A stretch of DNA of 64,000 nucleotides from Orbicella franksi (lineage: Eukaryota): the NCBI GenBank assembly GCA_964199315.1, contig OZ116708.1, forward strand, positions 13,826,001 to 13,890,000. Direction: 5' to 3'. The notes below the pieces were generated by a model, which had not been told where the DNA came from, did no database searches, and saw nothing but the letters and a program-made list of their open reading frames with translations. The position numbers and the translations under genes were made by a program. Positions 1 to 13,653 of the stretch are shown here, piece by piece (the stretch's first letter is position 1; each line of letters starts with the position of its first letter).

Positions 1-161
1 GAATATCAGCTAAAAAGGAGAAATTATGACTTTGAATGTTTGCAAATTTTACCAGAATGGCAATGGTCGATTCCAGAAAATACTATGTTTCTGTTGGGTT
101 GATCTTTTGTTTTGGTGTTTTTATTGACCTTTGGCCCTTATGGTTTTTCATAGGAAATGAG

Positions 162-225
162 ATGCATCAGCTACATTTTCCCTTAATTTTCCCGCTGGTT
201 GTTATTTTTTCTGTTCCATCAACAG
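162..225 (+). CDS. RTK exon 1, signal peptide [21 protein letters not shown]
   Basis: Hydrophobic 21-mer after acceptor tttttcatag (ends 153). Donor ACAG|gtaag is phase 1, matching the TSP1 exon. Confidence 0.7.
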
Positions 226-3200
226 GTAAGTACATGTACATGTACGAAATTTAGGCATGTGTATTAACTAGTAAGAGTTTTACTGAGTATTGAATGATTT
301 ACTTTATTTTTGGAACCTTGTGTTTGTAAACCATTAAGAGTATCTTTTAAGTGCACAGAACTCTGATTTAAAGTGACTCTAAATTAATTTGCTTTTACTC
401 TTTTACTTGAATCTACACATCACCCAAGGGACTTCGGTGAAAAAAAATTTTGATTTGAACAAACAAGATTTGAAAAATAATTTTTGAAAGCTTTCAAATG
501 CGCTGCCATATTGGTTCACGATCGGCAGTTGCTTTAGTCTACTCTCAGTTCTTTTCCCTAACAAAGGAGCTGTGATATAGGTAAAGGAACATGTGACCTT
601 AGACTGAAAGTAGCTCTAGTATTTGAGTTGGATATCGACAAATTTCTTTGAGCATTAAGTAAGACATCTGGTGAAAAATGCTTCTCTGAAAAATGTGTTG
701 CAGTGACAGTGAGGTACAAACATTCACTACTTTCTTTGTTAATGTCGCTGCTCAAAAAATTTAATCAAAAGCTATTAGTATAGGTAATCGTAAAGGATTA
801 ATACGCTATGAGTGATATCTGAAAATTCTCTCAAAATTGCACAAGCCTTTAGGCGAGTGCAATTTGAAAGAATTTTCAAATATCACGAGTTATGTAAATC
901 CTTAATTGCTCGAGCTTTCACATGATTACTAATTTATTATATGACTGAGAAAGTTACGAACGCAAGCATGTTAATTTGTACTCCGGTGCAAATTAAAAAT
1001 TAACGATAAATTGGTCTGCTCTCAGCCACTGAAAATGAAGTAATTTTCTTGGTCAAATAATAAATCACCAAACAAACTACTCATGTTGACATAAATGGGA
1101 GAACAATGCCTTGCATTTGGTCAGGCCGTGCGACCTCTGGCGACAGAGTGAAAAACATCCTCACCTATCTCCCCAGCACTACAAGCTAAATGTCAGACAG
1201 CATGCGCTAAATCAGACAAGAGCACAGTATCGCTTGGGAGAAGTTGCTGCACAAACTTAACTGCACCACACAGGAGTGACCCTTTGGTTATTAGATGCAG
1301 TATAATTCATGACCACACCCTGTCTCCAAAAGGTGGGAGGGAGGGGAAGTTTAATGATATTTTAACAATAAGTTCTAACGGTGTTGCTCACATTGAACAC
1401 AAAGTGGACTCTTGACATTTGTTTGAGCTTTTATGGCGGAGTTCCGGCGGTCCGAAGGGCCAGCAAGCGGAGCACCATAACTGCAGGAACACAACCACAT
1501 GCATGCGTAGAAATACGTCTAGAAAACCATGCAACTCTTTTTTCATGGTCGATCTGGCTAGCGGCATGGATCGCGGGCGCATGCCCCTTAAGACGACGTT
1601 GTTGTGCAATATGGTGGCCATACTCCAGCTAATAGGTCGGCCAGGTCATGCAACCTTGGTTTACAGCTTACATCTTCGATATTGGATATCCATGTTATGG
1701 TCAACTGAAACCTGTCAAAATAAGGTATCCGCCGATCAGTATCATGTGACCATATTGCGGACTCAGGTTTAAAGTTCATCGAGGTCACGTGTTTGTTTTT
1801 TGAAGTTGACAGTGGACCAGGTACTGTTTTCGATTGCAACGCAGGCTCAAGCCAGGTTAAGTTATTGTAATCAGGAGCTCTGCTTTTAGGCCTGGCCAAA
1901 CCTGTAAAGTATACAGATGTTCATCTGCTAGTAAGCCAATAGAAAGCCAGAATTTTTTCCTTGAAATATTGTTTTAAAACCCGCCAAAAAATTGCAAATT
2001 CGTTGCAGCCCCACGCGTTGTGAAAAACATTAAAAAAATAAGTGACTTGGAATAAACTTCGCTCTGTGCAATTTGCATTACATTAAGGACTCGTCGTGTG
2101 AGAATAAGAATCACGGATATTGTCTTGAATTTCCTTCGGTGAAATCTTCCAAAATTTTCACAATACAGCAAATTCGGCGGGGTACTAATTTTTTACACAA
2201 AAAAGTAGGTTTTGTACAGGCATTTTTTTTTCGATTTTTGCAAATTTGTCTTTTACCGCAGTGGAAAAATTGGTCAGATAGATTTCCCTGAAAAAAGAGC
2301 TTCAGCTAAAGTAAAATGTTTTCTACCAGACTGCCAAATTTTAAGGAATTTTCCCTATTTCTTTCAGCGTGAGCAGGTTACTAAACGTTTTGGTCTTCTG
2401 TGCACGAGCGATCGTAAAGCTATAGGGAGCCACCTTAAATGACATATTTCGTATATTTAAATGACATATTTCGTATATTTAAATGACATATTTCACGGAA
2501 ATACTGTCTAATAACGTAGTTTTTTGAAAACACTTCCCGGCTGCCACGTATTGACAGGAGAGTGTACTGCCAAAAGACACTCCGCTGACTAGTTGTGGCT
2601 CACTCGCTTAGAAAAAATATATCGGTAACCTGGAATGGCGATTTCTTATTCTTGTACAACGATTTCTCATTCTTGACAGTTGGTGTTGATTTCTCGGTAT
2701 CTTGCTACAGCAGTCCTTTTCTCGATTACTGATTTTTTTTTTATCTCAACAGGTAATTTATGACCTCACATGACAGTTTTCATTTTTGTGTGGTGATTTC
2801 CATTTCTCATGTAGTGTTTTCCTGATCTCACATATCGATCACTGAAGCTCGATAGAAGATTTTGAAGTTAACCTACTTTTGTCATGATGGGCTTGCCATA
2901 CTTATGGTCTGTTCTTCATGCTTGTGCTGAAAGTCAGTGATATCATTGTAGACTAAATTTGTCTGTCACGCAACATTGGTGACTTTATAGGTTTTTGCTA
3001 TGCATTGCCAAAAATGGATTAAAGAAATTAAGGCTCTGTTTACAAGCAGGTAGGGTAACCCTTGCGCTAGGGACACCATTTTGTTTCTCTTTTTAAAATC
3101 ATGGAAAATGTTTGTGCATTTTGCATGTTGTTGTGATGTCCAGCTGACACAGGATGAAAATGTTGTTACTACCTATTAAGGTGCTGGTCAAAATTTGCTC

Positions 3201-6200
3201 TTCCATTGTTTGATTTATTTGTATCACCTGTGGTTGTTGGTATGATATCTTTCTGATAAACCATCATTCAATCTGTGCATGTAAATTCTATTTACTGTTT
3301 GAAATTTCCATGTGAAATCAGGCACCATGATATTTTACGGGTCATGCATGTTTGTTTGGTGAGTTAAAAATAATATTATCAGCAACAGTCTTTTAAAACA
3401 ATTCACTGTAAAAATTACGGGTAAAAACGAAAAACGTTTCACCACTCAAGTTTCAATGTAAAATCCGACTCAATTTCGTGCCTAAGTTTTTAATTGATAA
3501 AAATTTTTTGCATGCTGTTATTGTCTTTAATACCCCCTTTATATCTTTTAGCTCCTATTTTTACTTCGTTATCTCTCTTCCTATGTGTAGATATGTCTAT
3601 GTACAAGTATGTTAATTTTTACCCTCAACCTTGAACTTGAAAATGACTGATAAGCAGTCGAAATGTCATTTGTTTTTACCTGTAATTTGTACCATAAAAA
3701 CCGCTTCAAGGAAAAAAAAAATCCCATTACACGTTTCTAGGGTTACCATAGGCGATATACCATCTCTGGATGATATATGAAGAATTTTGATTTTTCATCA
3801 TGTACCACCACTGGCTCGATGTTAGTAGCCATTCCCTCTTAATTATTACTAATAAATTTTTATCTCTTCTCTTTCATGTGGATGTTGTGGAACAAACCAG
3901 GGTGTGAGTTATAATCGTTTTACATTATTCCATGCTTCACACCAACTGTTTTTTAACCTAACCTATAAATTCAAATCCGATTACTTGGTGGTCTTCTGTT
4001 TTTGATTCTTTAATTTGTTTCATTTAAGTGATTAAGTAATGGTTCTTGGTAATAATTGATTTTTGTCTTTTCTTTTTCATGTGGAATGTCGGGGAACAAA
4101 CCAGGTGGTAATTATAAGTTTCTATTTTACTTTTATTCAAAAATGCAACAGATCAATTTCTTTTGAACCAAACTACGTAATAGTCCAATTTCCGTTGGTA
4201 ACTTATTTTCATCTTTTTCTTTTCATGTGGAATATGGGAACAAACCAGGCGGTAATTATAACTGTCTTTTTACTTTTATTCAATGCATCAGATCAATTTC
4301 TTTTGGACCAAACTACGTTTGTCCAATTGCCTGCTGACTAAATTCCCTTCTTTTTCTTTTATTGTGTTCTTTAAAGGAAGTAATCATATTTATTTAATTT
4401 CTGTTTGTAACTTAGTTTCATCTTTTTTCTTTCATGTTGATGTTGGGGAACAATTCAGCTGGTAACTATCCTTTAATTCTAATTCACAGCATCACATTAA
4501 ATTCGTTTGAACTAAACTACTCAGTATCTAAAAGTAGTCAGGAATGATGTTAGAATGTTATCACGATTGTAATGTATTTCAGTTGGAACTAATTAAGTTA
4601 GCTAACACCATGTATGAAATTTTAAATTGTCCTCCCTGTTCCCCATATCAGTGTGAACAAGAGGCTCCAAGTAGCTTATACTCATGCGCAGGAGGTTGCA
4701 AGTCGTATAAAATACGTACGCAATGCGTGCATAGTCAGACAAGCAATTTGAAAACGTTTGCCATCTGACAACTGGAAAAAATACGAGAGAAATGCTAATT
4801 TGAAAAAAGTGCATCATAGATGTAAGATATAGATAATTAAGATGCAGGAGAGAAGATAAGTGCTGTAAAAGAGTTCAAAAAATATAGATAGAGAATTAAC
4901 AAACGATCCGAATTGCGAATTGGATGAAATATCGTTTTTCATAGCAATTTTGAACTAAATCTTTTTAGGCATTTTTTGTTCAAGTGTTAGACTTATTTAT
5001 GTTTATATTCTAATACTGCGCCATTGTAACAGATATCAACTTTGCTTCATTTTTATTGTATTTGTAATTTGATTTGAAAGTATACTTGAAACTTGATAAA
5101 ATAACAATACTCCTCAGTAGGCACCTGGTGCTTTTTGTAAGTTATATCATGCAATGCCATATTTCCGAGAATTAAAATATTATTATATATATCCTCACAC
5201 ATGTTGCTAAAAATGTGATACGTTTCAATAATTGATACAAAATACAAGGTGTACTAGACTAACCAAGAAGTAGGAAAAGGAAAAAGGAAAAAAAAAACTT
5301 AAGCACACAAGTGTTTTATTATCTGACATTGTTCGTCACATTCTTCTTGACTCGATCCCGATTGGAAATCGAGTAATTTCAGTTTTTAATGGACACAAAC
5401 CTTGTACCAGAATAACTTAAAGTAAATTATAGTCCTTTTTGCATTTTCCAAAAGCTAAAGATATAAACAGTTGTCTGAAACAACACCAAAAACACTTTCT
5501 CATGGGAACTCGAGCAAGTAGATTTCAAAGTTCAGAGAAATTGTCAGATAAAACACAGGTAAAATTTCACCATCAGTTTCATTTCACTAGTACTTTCAAG
5601 TGTTTCATATATTACTTAAAAATTTATTTTCTACATTTGGTGTTATTAGTGTTACGAAAAATTGCCTAAGTCAAGTTCTAGAACAATCTACAACCGGAAG
5701 CCATTCAGCCGTGACCAATTTGTATAAGAACAATTCTTATGTAATTACTCAAATTAGGAACTGTGTCAAACTACTTAATTTAGCTCCTAATAGAAGTTTC
5801 TAGAACTTTAAACCTCATGTATATTAGGGCGAGAGTTTCTGTAAGAGAGATTGCTTCAAATTTGAAGAAGCTTAGTGCTGTAAATTCGTGAAGTTACCTT
5901 ACGGAAATAAATTAGCTTGTTGCTGTTACCAGCGATCCTGAGTTCTGTCTGAAAACAACCCAGCTCTACAACGATACTCGTAACAGTTAGAAATGATATT
6001 TAAAAGAGTCACACAGAAGTTTTCAATACAATGTAAATATTCTCGGTAAAAAATTTTAGTCCACTTGTTACTCGAACTTTTGGTAGATTCCTTCTTAACA
6101 CCTAAGCTGGTATATACCTGTAACTGAACTGAACGACTTTAATCTGCATTGATAATGGCGACAAGATAACGTCAAAACGTCAAGCTATAGCATTTTTCTA

Positions 6201-8730
6201 TTTTTCTTTTAAAATGATTTCTTTTTAACCAAGTATCTTTTGGGATTTGAGGGACAAAAGAAACTTGAAAATTTTGTCCTGAAAAAGACATGCTAGAATA
6301 TTGATATATATCGAACGTGGCCTATTACCTGCCCGTTTTGTTGAACACGTCCATTTACACGAACAGGAAGGATTTTTTATCTCGTTCCATTTTCCTTTCG
6401 CCTTAGGGATGGGGGCTGCTCTGGCCGCGCTCGTTTGCTGAAGCATGATAAGTAAACTCTACAAACAAAGCCACCGATCTGGCGTAAATATGGCCACTAG
6501 CGTGACGTTTATTTGTCTCAGATAAAGTTATCAAAAATTACAAGTATTTGATGTTATCTTCAGCAAAGGTGGGGCACGAAAAACCGCCACAAGGACAATC
6601 GAAGTGTATGATATTTGGCTGGAGCTGGGGAGGCGGAGGGAAACTTGAAAATTAGCTCTGGAGATAGCGTTGCTGCTGAATGGTAAGGAGGCCGAAACTG
6701 ACATGCCAAGCAAACTAAATAGTAACCGCGATCCCGCCTACTAGTATCTGATTGGAGTCTCCTAGGTGATGTGCCTTTCCTTGCTCCACCCAAATAACTG
6801 ATAGACGTATTATAGTACCCAAGAAAATGTCTCGATATAAAATAACATTATATGTGCTGCATATAATGCTTCTTTTTGACCAAAGTATACAGAGCACGTT
6901 TTTAGTAAATGATTTTCATAATATGTCCTTGAATCTCCAAAGCCCTGATAAATTTGAGACTTGTCATATTGTCAGATGACGATCGACATAAACAATAACT
7001 TACCTCTCCAGAAACACTTTCTTGCTGTTCATGCATGCTCACATGCCAGTTCAGAATCTTAACAACGAACTAAATTACTGATAGATACTTTCACACCGTA
7101 TCAAATTGGGGGAAAAGCACAACGTTTTCGAAAAAACGGCACCTTCTTGAAGAATCCAATATGACGAACGGAGCTCCAAAGAGCGTGGTAAATGTATGCA
7201 TGCGTACATTTGCATGCACAAATGCGACACTAAGACGCCATACTGCGCATGAGTAATAAGTTCTACTTATCAATAACATTACGATGTGACTAAGTCCTTT
7301 GCTATTAAGCCATATGACATTGAAAAGGAGAGAGGGGAGGAAAATTTAACCTTCCCAACACTTTTGGTCATGGGTTATACAAGTCATGTAGTTCTATGTT
7401 TCTGTTTATTTAAGAGCAGCTTGCTCCAATGGTCACCTATACCTATGCAGGATAGAAATATTCGAAAAAAAGAAATTTTAAATCGTACTTGTTTGGTGCT
7501 TTCTTTTACCTTAAGTTTGTGAAACGTATTTGATTGTGAGGAAATTTTATTCAGTAGTTAAATAACTTGGTAATCTATATTCAATACATTAAGCTTCTTT
7601 AGATGAATTTTCTCCCATGCCTTTGTTTTAAATCTCTATAAAATATTTATATTCTAGGAGATTGGTCACGCTGGGGATCATGGGACAGGTGCTCTGTCAC
7701 ATGTGGCAGTGGATCTCAAATTCGACGCAGATCATGCACCAATCCTCCTCCACCAGATGGTGACTATGATTGCCGAGGAAACAAGACTCAGTCCCAGTCA
7801 TGCAACACAAACCGTTGTCCAGGTAACTGAGATGTCCTTTAAGCCTCAATCTTAATTGTTGATCTTAGGGTGCTTTTAATTTCCCTTGGGATGTCCTGGG
7901 TCAGGATCAATGGTCTACGATCACTTGGATTGTGGTGCATCAAAGCAACCCATGAATCCACTCTGAATAGAGATTCATTGGTTGCTTCAATGCACCACCA
8001 TCTGAGTGATTGGCAGTATTCAAACATTGATGCTAAACAGATCATCCCAAACGACCACATCCTTGTTTGTGTACACATCATTCTTCCCTTATTATTCAAT
8101 AGATCAGTCAGTGCTCCATGTGTAGACTTGGGTGACTGTGATTGCCAAGGACTTAGATATATGTTCCAATCGGCGAGAGAAACAGTTATCTGAGTATACG
8201 TAAGAGTAAGTAATGATTAGTGGCACCAAAATATGGGGCCTCGGTCTGGTTTACATCCATTCTTACTAGCCACGAAGGGATGGACATGAAGCAAAAGTAT
8301 CATCGTCATTAGAAAAATTATTATTGTTCCATACCTTTCATTGAGATTTTCTTTTCTTAAAAAAATATCATCGAACAGGAAGTAATCAACGTTTTCAATA
8401 CTGAGCAGTTTTCACCTTTATAGTTTCTTCAGATTTACAAATGTAAGTAGCTGTTTTCAAAAACAGTATTTAGAAGTCTACAACTTTGCTGAACAAAATT
8501 CCTTTATAATAGCACAAACTGTAGTTTAAATTTAGTTGAAAACTTCTACGCACTCTGGTCATGTGACCAATGGCATCAAAACCCCAAGGCTCTTCATAAA
8601 CTATATTTTTTGACAAATGTTTTCAGGTGATTTATGGTTCTCTTGGACTTTGTATCAACGATTAACAATGATATTATTGGACAAGGTTGAGCAAAATATT
8701 ATGATTGGTCAGTGGCAAGCAGATCATATC

Positions 8731-8763
<33 letters not shown>

Positions 8764-11700
8764 TGAGTTCAATAATTGTTTTATCATTCTATCACCAAGT
8801 TTGTTTTGATATTTAAATCACTCTCTGGCAGCTCAGGGAAGTCATCTGCTATTTTTCATACCAGAACATGTTTACAATTACCCATGAGCAGACCATTAAT
8901 TGAAGGTAGTTGCATGCATTTGCTGGTCATGTGGTGCGCTATCGGCCAATGAAAATGACGAAGAAATGCATCGAATGATAATTAAAGTTATTTGACATTC
9001 CAAGTTTTTCGGGTGCAAAAGATGCTGGGAAGGTTCTTATTATAATTATAATAGCAGAGTTCTGACCACCCAAAGGGCCGCCAAGCGGAGCCCCATACTC
9101 GTAAGAAAGGAAAGGAAACCCATGAATGGATTTTCTCGTGGTTATCAAGGCTAGGGACATGCAGCCTTGGTACATGGTGTCCTTCTTTGATATTGGACAT
9201 CCATGTTAGGGTCAACTGACACCTGTCAAAAATGTATCCGCTGACCATATCGTGGGCTTAAGTTTAGATCTCATTGAGGCACTTATTTTTTTAAGGTGAC
9301 CGCTGACCAAGTGCTGGTTTTCGATTGGATTGTGGGCTCATGTGGTGTAAACTTATTGAAATCAGGGCCGGGTTGTTTGAAAGCAGGTTAACGCTAACCC
9401 AGGATTAAAAGTTAACCGAAGTATAAATTTTTGTTGTATACGAATGTTTTTCACTGCTTTTGTTTTGTGTAGTTTGCGATTATTCAAACTCAAAACAGAA
9501 GGCCAAACGGTGTGCAGAAAACCTCACTGCAAAGTTAAAAACTCAAATCAAAATCCTTGCTTATCCTGGGTTAGCTTAATTGGGTTTTGAACAACCCGGC
9601 CCAGGAGCTCCACTTTTAGGCTTGCCTAAATCAGTATATAATTGTTTTGAATCGTGATTATTTAAATGTGAAATTATTCTGTCTGTTTTTATCTCCTATT
9701 AATTTTGTAAGTTGATGGTGGCTGGACCAAATGGAGCCTATGGAGTATCTGTACTAAGATAGTCAGTGGCATACAAACAAGGATTAGAGAATGTGCTAAT
9801 CCAGAGCCAGCACATGGTGGAAAGAAATGCAATGGAACCAGAGCAGTCGTGAGGGAGTGTAACAACATGTCCAGCTGCCATGAAGGTAGACATTAAGATT
9901 AGTAATTTACTGTGTGGATGGATTTAATACCATAAGGAAAGTAGCCTTGAAAATAGAAACTCAATATATATAATCAGTCAGACAAGCAAAACTATATAGA
10001 AAATGAATAAGATGAGATCTTTGTTGATATCACGGTTTGTTTATTACAGTAAGGGAAGATCGGTTTACAATATTTTAACTCTGTTTGAGAGTCATTGTAA
10101 AAAATTTATTGCTTCAACTCAAATTGTGTGTAAGAAGTGACTGTGTCATTGAAGTCTTGTTAATGAAATCCAAAACAGTGGACAGTTTATAAATCAAGGC
10201 TAATTACTAGGCATATAAACAAGTAATGATGTAACATGATGTAACCAAAGAAAAGATCGAACTCTTTAGACGCGTAGTTTCTCTGATTAATGCTAAACTT
10301 TAGGTTTTTGGTGCAGAAAGCCTCGATAAACACTAATGACGACACTGTGACCTCCAAGTTAGTATGAACAGTGCTAAAGATTTGCAAGTGAAAATGGTGA
10401 ATTATTGTGGTAATCAAGTAATTTGTATAAGCTAACTACTTTATTAAGGCGATGTCAATTCCTGAGGTGTAGCTTGTTCATGAAGCCTAAGAGCTAACAG
10501 ATGGCTTAGTTTGTATTGTATTGTATTTATTGTACAGACCGCTCAATAGCGCTTTAAAGGCTTCGTAAACATTTATTATTCTCACTGCATACATAATTAG
10601 CGCATCGCGGAAGTTGATTTAATCCCTCATATTCCACCATGCTTTTATGCCCCAGGTCAGGCATGATACTTTGCGGTCTCTTCGTTTAAATTACCGGGTT
10701 TTGCCTTCGGTATCTTTGTCATTTTGCCGGCGTTCCGGTGGAGGAAGGTCTTGTCACCCCACCCTCCTCCCCTGGTGCCGGTTGACAGTGTCACTCTCCT
10801 TTCTCGCTGCATACCTTAGCTGCCACAGTAGTCGCGGACTCCTCCCATAACTTAGTCTACCGCGATGTGGTAATGCGTATGCAGTGAGGTTATATCACTA
10901 TTATCATTAATGTTTTGATGTTATCATTTATTTCTTTCCATAACAAATACAAAATAATAATGTTAGAAATAATAACAAAGATTAAGCATTATTTCGATAT
11001 TTTTTTTTTTAACAAGGACTGACTTTATTACCATATTTAACAAGTTTTATTCCTGTAGTTTTCTTTTGATTGACAGCACATAAATTGTATTGGGAATAAA
11101 AGTTTAAGAGTGATACACCTTATGAATCTATAGGAAAAGTAGCAATAGGAAAAGTACCAAAAAGGTATCACAATACAACATTGAAGATACAAAATAATTA
11201 TGTCTTTCATAAACATGCCATTTGCTTGTGAAAGAATCGATACCTATTTTGTTTTCTTTTTACAATAAGCTTTCCTGTGTTATGTTTGTTTTTTAAAATT
11301 TGGGTAAAATGTGTAATTGATGGCTTATTGTCATTGCGTCTACAATCCCATAAATAAATTTTTCCTAAAAGAAAGGTATAATCTATTAGATCGATCTCCT
11401 CCCTCAAAACGTCAATGATGACATCACTCAATATAAGGTACATGCAACTACTTAATTGACTCAAAATGTTATAAATTACATAATTCAAAAAGGATTGTAA
11501 AATGGCACAATGAAACAAAAAAATGCAGAATTAGTCTCAAGAGTTTCATTACAAAATGTACAATTCAGGGATTGACGATTTATCCTATTTTACAAAGAAG
11601 ATTGTTTGTAAATGAAATGTAATTTAACACCTTATACTGAAAGGAACGTATCAGTCTAAGGCTCGGAGGCAACATGCAGTAGTAACAGTTTTGTTTTGGA

Positions 11701-13611
11701 GGGCTGTTCCTCTGTTAAGTTAAATTTATCCAATAGCATGACTCATTTCCTTGGCATTTCATAAATAAACTTCATCAAAGTACTATAATAATGATGACAT
11801 CTATAATTCTCTAGATCAGAGATCGTTTTAGAGTTGGGCTTCTTATCTTGTAAACACAGTGACACTGATTTTCTTAAGCCTGTCCAAATCAAATAGTTGA
11901 TGTTTTAAAAGGTAATTGAAGTAAGACTTCCAAAAGCCATTGCAATTCTTGTCAGGATTTCCTTTTTAGCCAACTCAACCGTAAAGCTCTAACCACACTT
12001 TCAAAATCTATAATTTTAAGACCACAAAATTCATAAGGTGCATATGTTGAGAGGCAAATAACTTTGTCTTTTCCATTCCATAAAAACTTAAATATTAAAG
12101 TTTGAAATTCTTTCATAGTTTCAATAGGTGCACATAAAATGGAGCTCGGATATAGCATTTTCGGGAATGAAATATACTCAACTCCCATAAATGGATAGCC
12201 GTCTTATTTTCCATAAATTTATTGTTTTTTTAACTTTTTTCAATCGCTGCCTAAAGTTTTTTTCAACAAGGAGCTGGACATCATAAGCTATGAAATGCCT
12301 AAAAACTTTAAACCTTTTTTGGCACTTGGCACCAAATGGCGTATCCACATGATTATAACAGGATCTGATCCGCATTGGCTCAAGTTTTTCAACGTTCTGA
12401 CCAGTTTCAAATCAGACATCGTCTCAAAATCGTCTATAGTAATGAGTTTAGAAAAGTTTTTGCAGAATTGAAATCAGACAAAACTGCAGTTGTGTCATCA
12501 GCAAACTGCAGTAGTAGTTTCCATGCCGTTAATTTCTATTCCCCTTACCTTTTTCGGAGCTCTGACAGTAGTGGCCAAAATGTCCACTGCGATTAAAAGA
12601 AAGGTATGGAGAAAGCGGTTCTACCTGTCGCACTCAATGGTAAAGTAATTTGAACATATTATCCATTACCAGCAATAGTGAGTGGAGTGCAATTCGAAGA
12701 GAAATCTTGCGATTAATTTCTAAATCGGACGAGCGCGAAGAGCGAAGCCTACTTGAAATTACGAGCACTATCTCTCCCTGAATTGTACCACACGAGGTGG
12801 ATAATGCATAATAATATTATGCACAAATTCTTCTCTGAGACATCCACTGTTTTTTTGTTATGAAGGTTCTCATAATAGTTTTTTTTCCGCATGCAAAATT
12901 TCATAAGGATCGGTATCACGCCATAACACTTAAACAGAGTTTACGAATATGCTTTCTGATATGATTTTGCTTTCTTAGATTATAAAAATACGTCGAGTTT
13001 TTCTCTCCATACTCATGCCATTTAGCGAGGGATCTGACAATTATACCTTCAACTCACATAAAATTTCTCAGTTCGTTCTTTCAGAACATTTAACTTTGCT
13101 AATTTTTTTTTTGTGAGGGTTCGTTTTGAAATTAAAGCTTAAACTGGCTTATTGAAATTCTCTATGAAGCTGCTTCTCATCTGATCTTCTTCGCCAACTT
13201 TTGTCCATGGAATATTTTCTAAAAAAATTTGAGATGTTAGTTTTTACCCAGTCCCAGACAGAGCAAAAATCACTGAGATCCACTTCGTGAACAAGCTACA
13301 AGGCAAGAACAACCAAACGCCTCAGCGATTGTAATAGCTTAAATGCAGTAGTTAGGTTGTACAAATTACCTAATTACCACAATGATATGCCATCTTAGAG
13401 GAGATCTACAGTTTTAAGTCTCATTTAATAACACTTTCATTTTAATGCTTTTAATACTTATAACTTCGAGGTCATTGACCTTGATGACAATAATTATTGG
13501 TCATAATTAGCGTTTTTTGAGGCTTTCTGTTTCTAAAGCCTGGGGAATCAAAGCTTCTAGAGAGTTAAAACTTTTTCGTTCATTACATCATTACTTATTT
13601 ATATGCTCAAG

Positions 13612-13653
<42 letters not shown>

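Noticed and set aside
36-161. N-terminal extension of ORF 36..254
   Set aside because: A good acceptor ends at 153 and the signal-peptide-like stretch starts at Met 162, so the upstream part is probably intron.
3860-4510. CRISPR-like repeat-spacer array
   Set aside because: Eukaryotic intron; units are long, degenerate and unevenly spaced; no cas genes.
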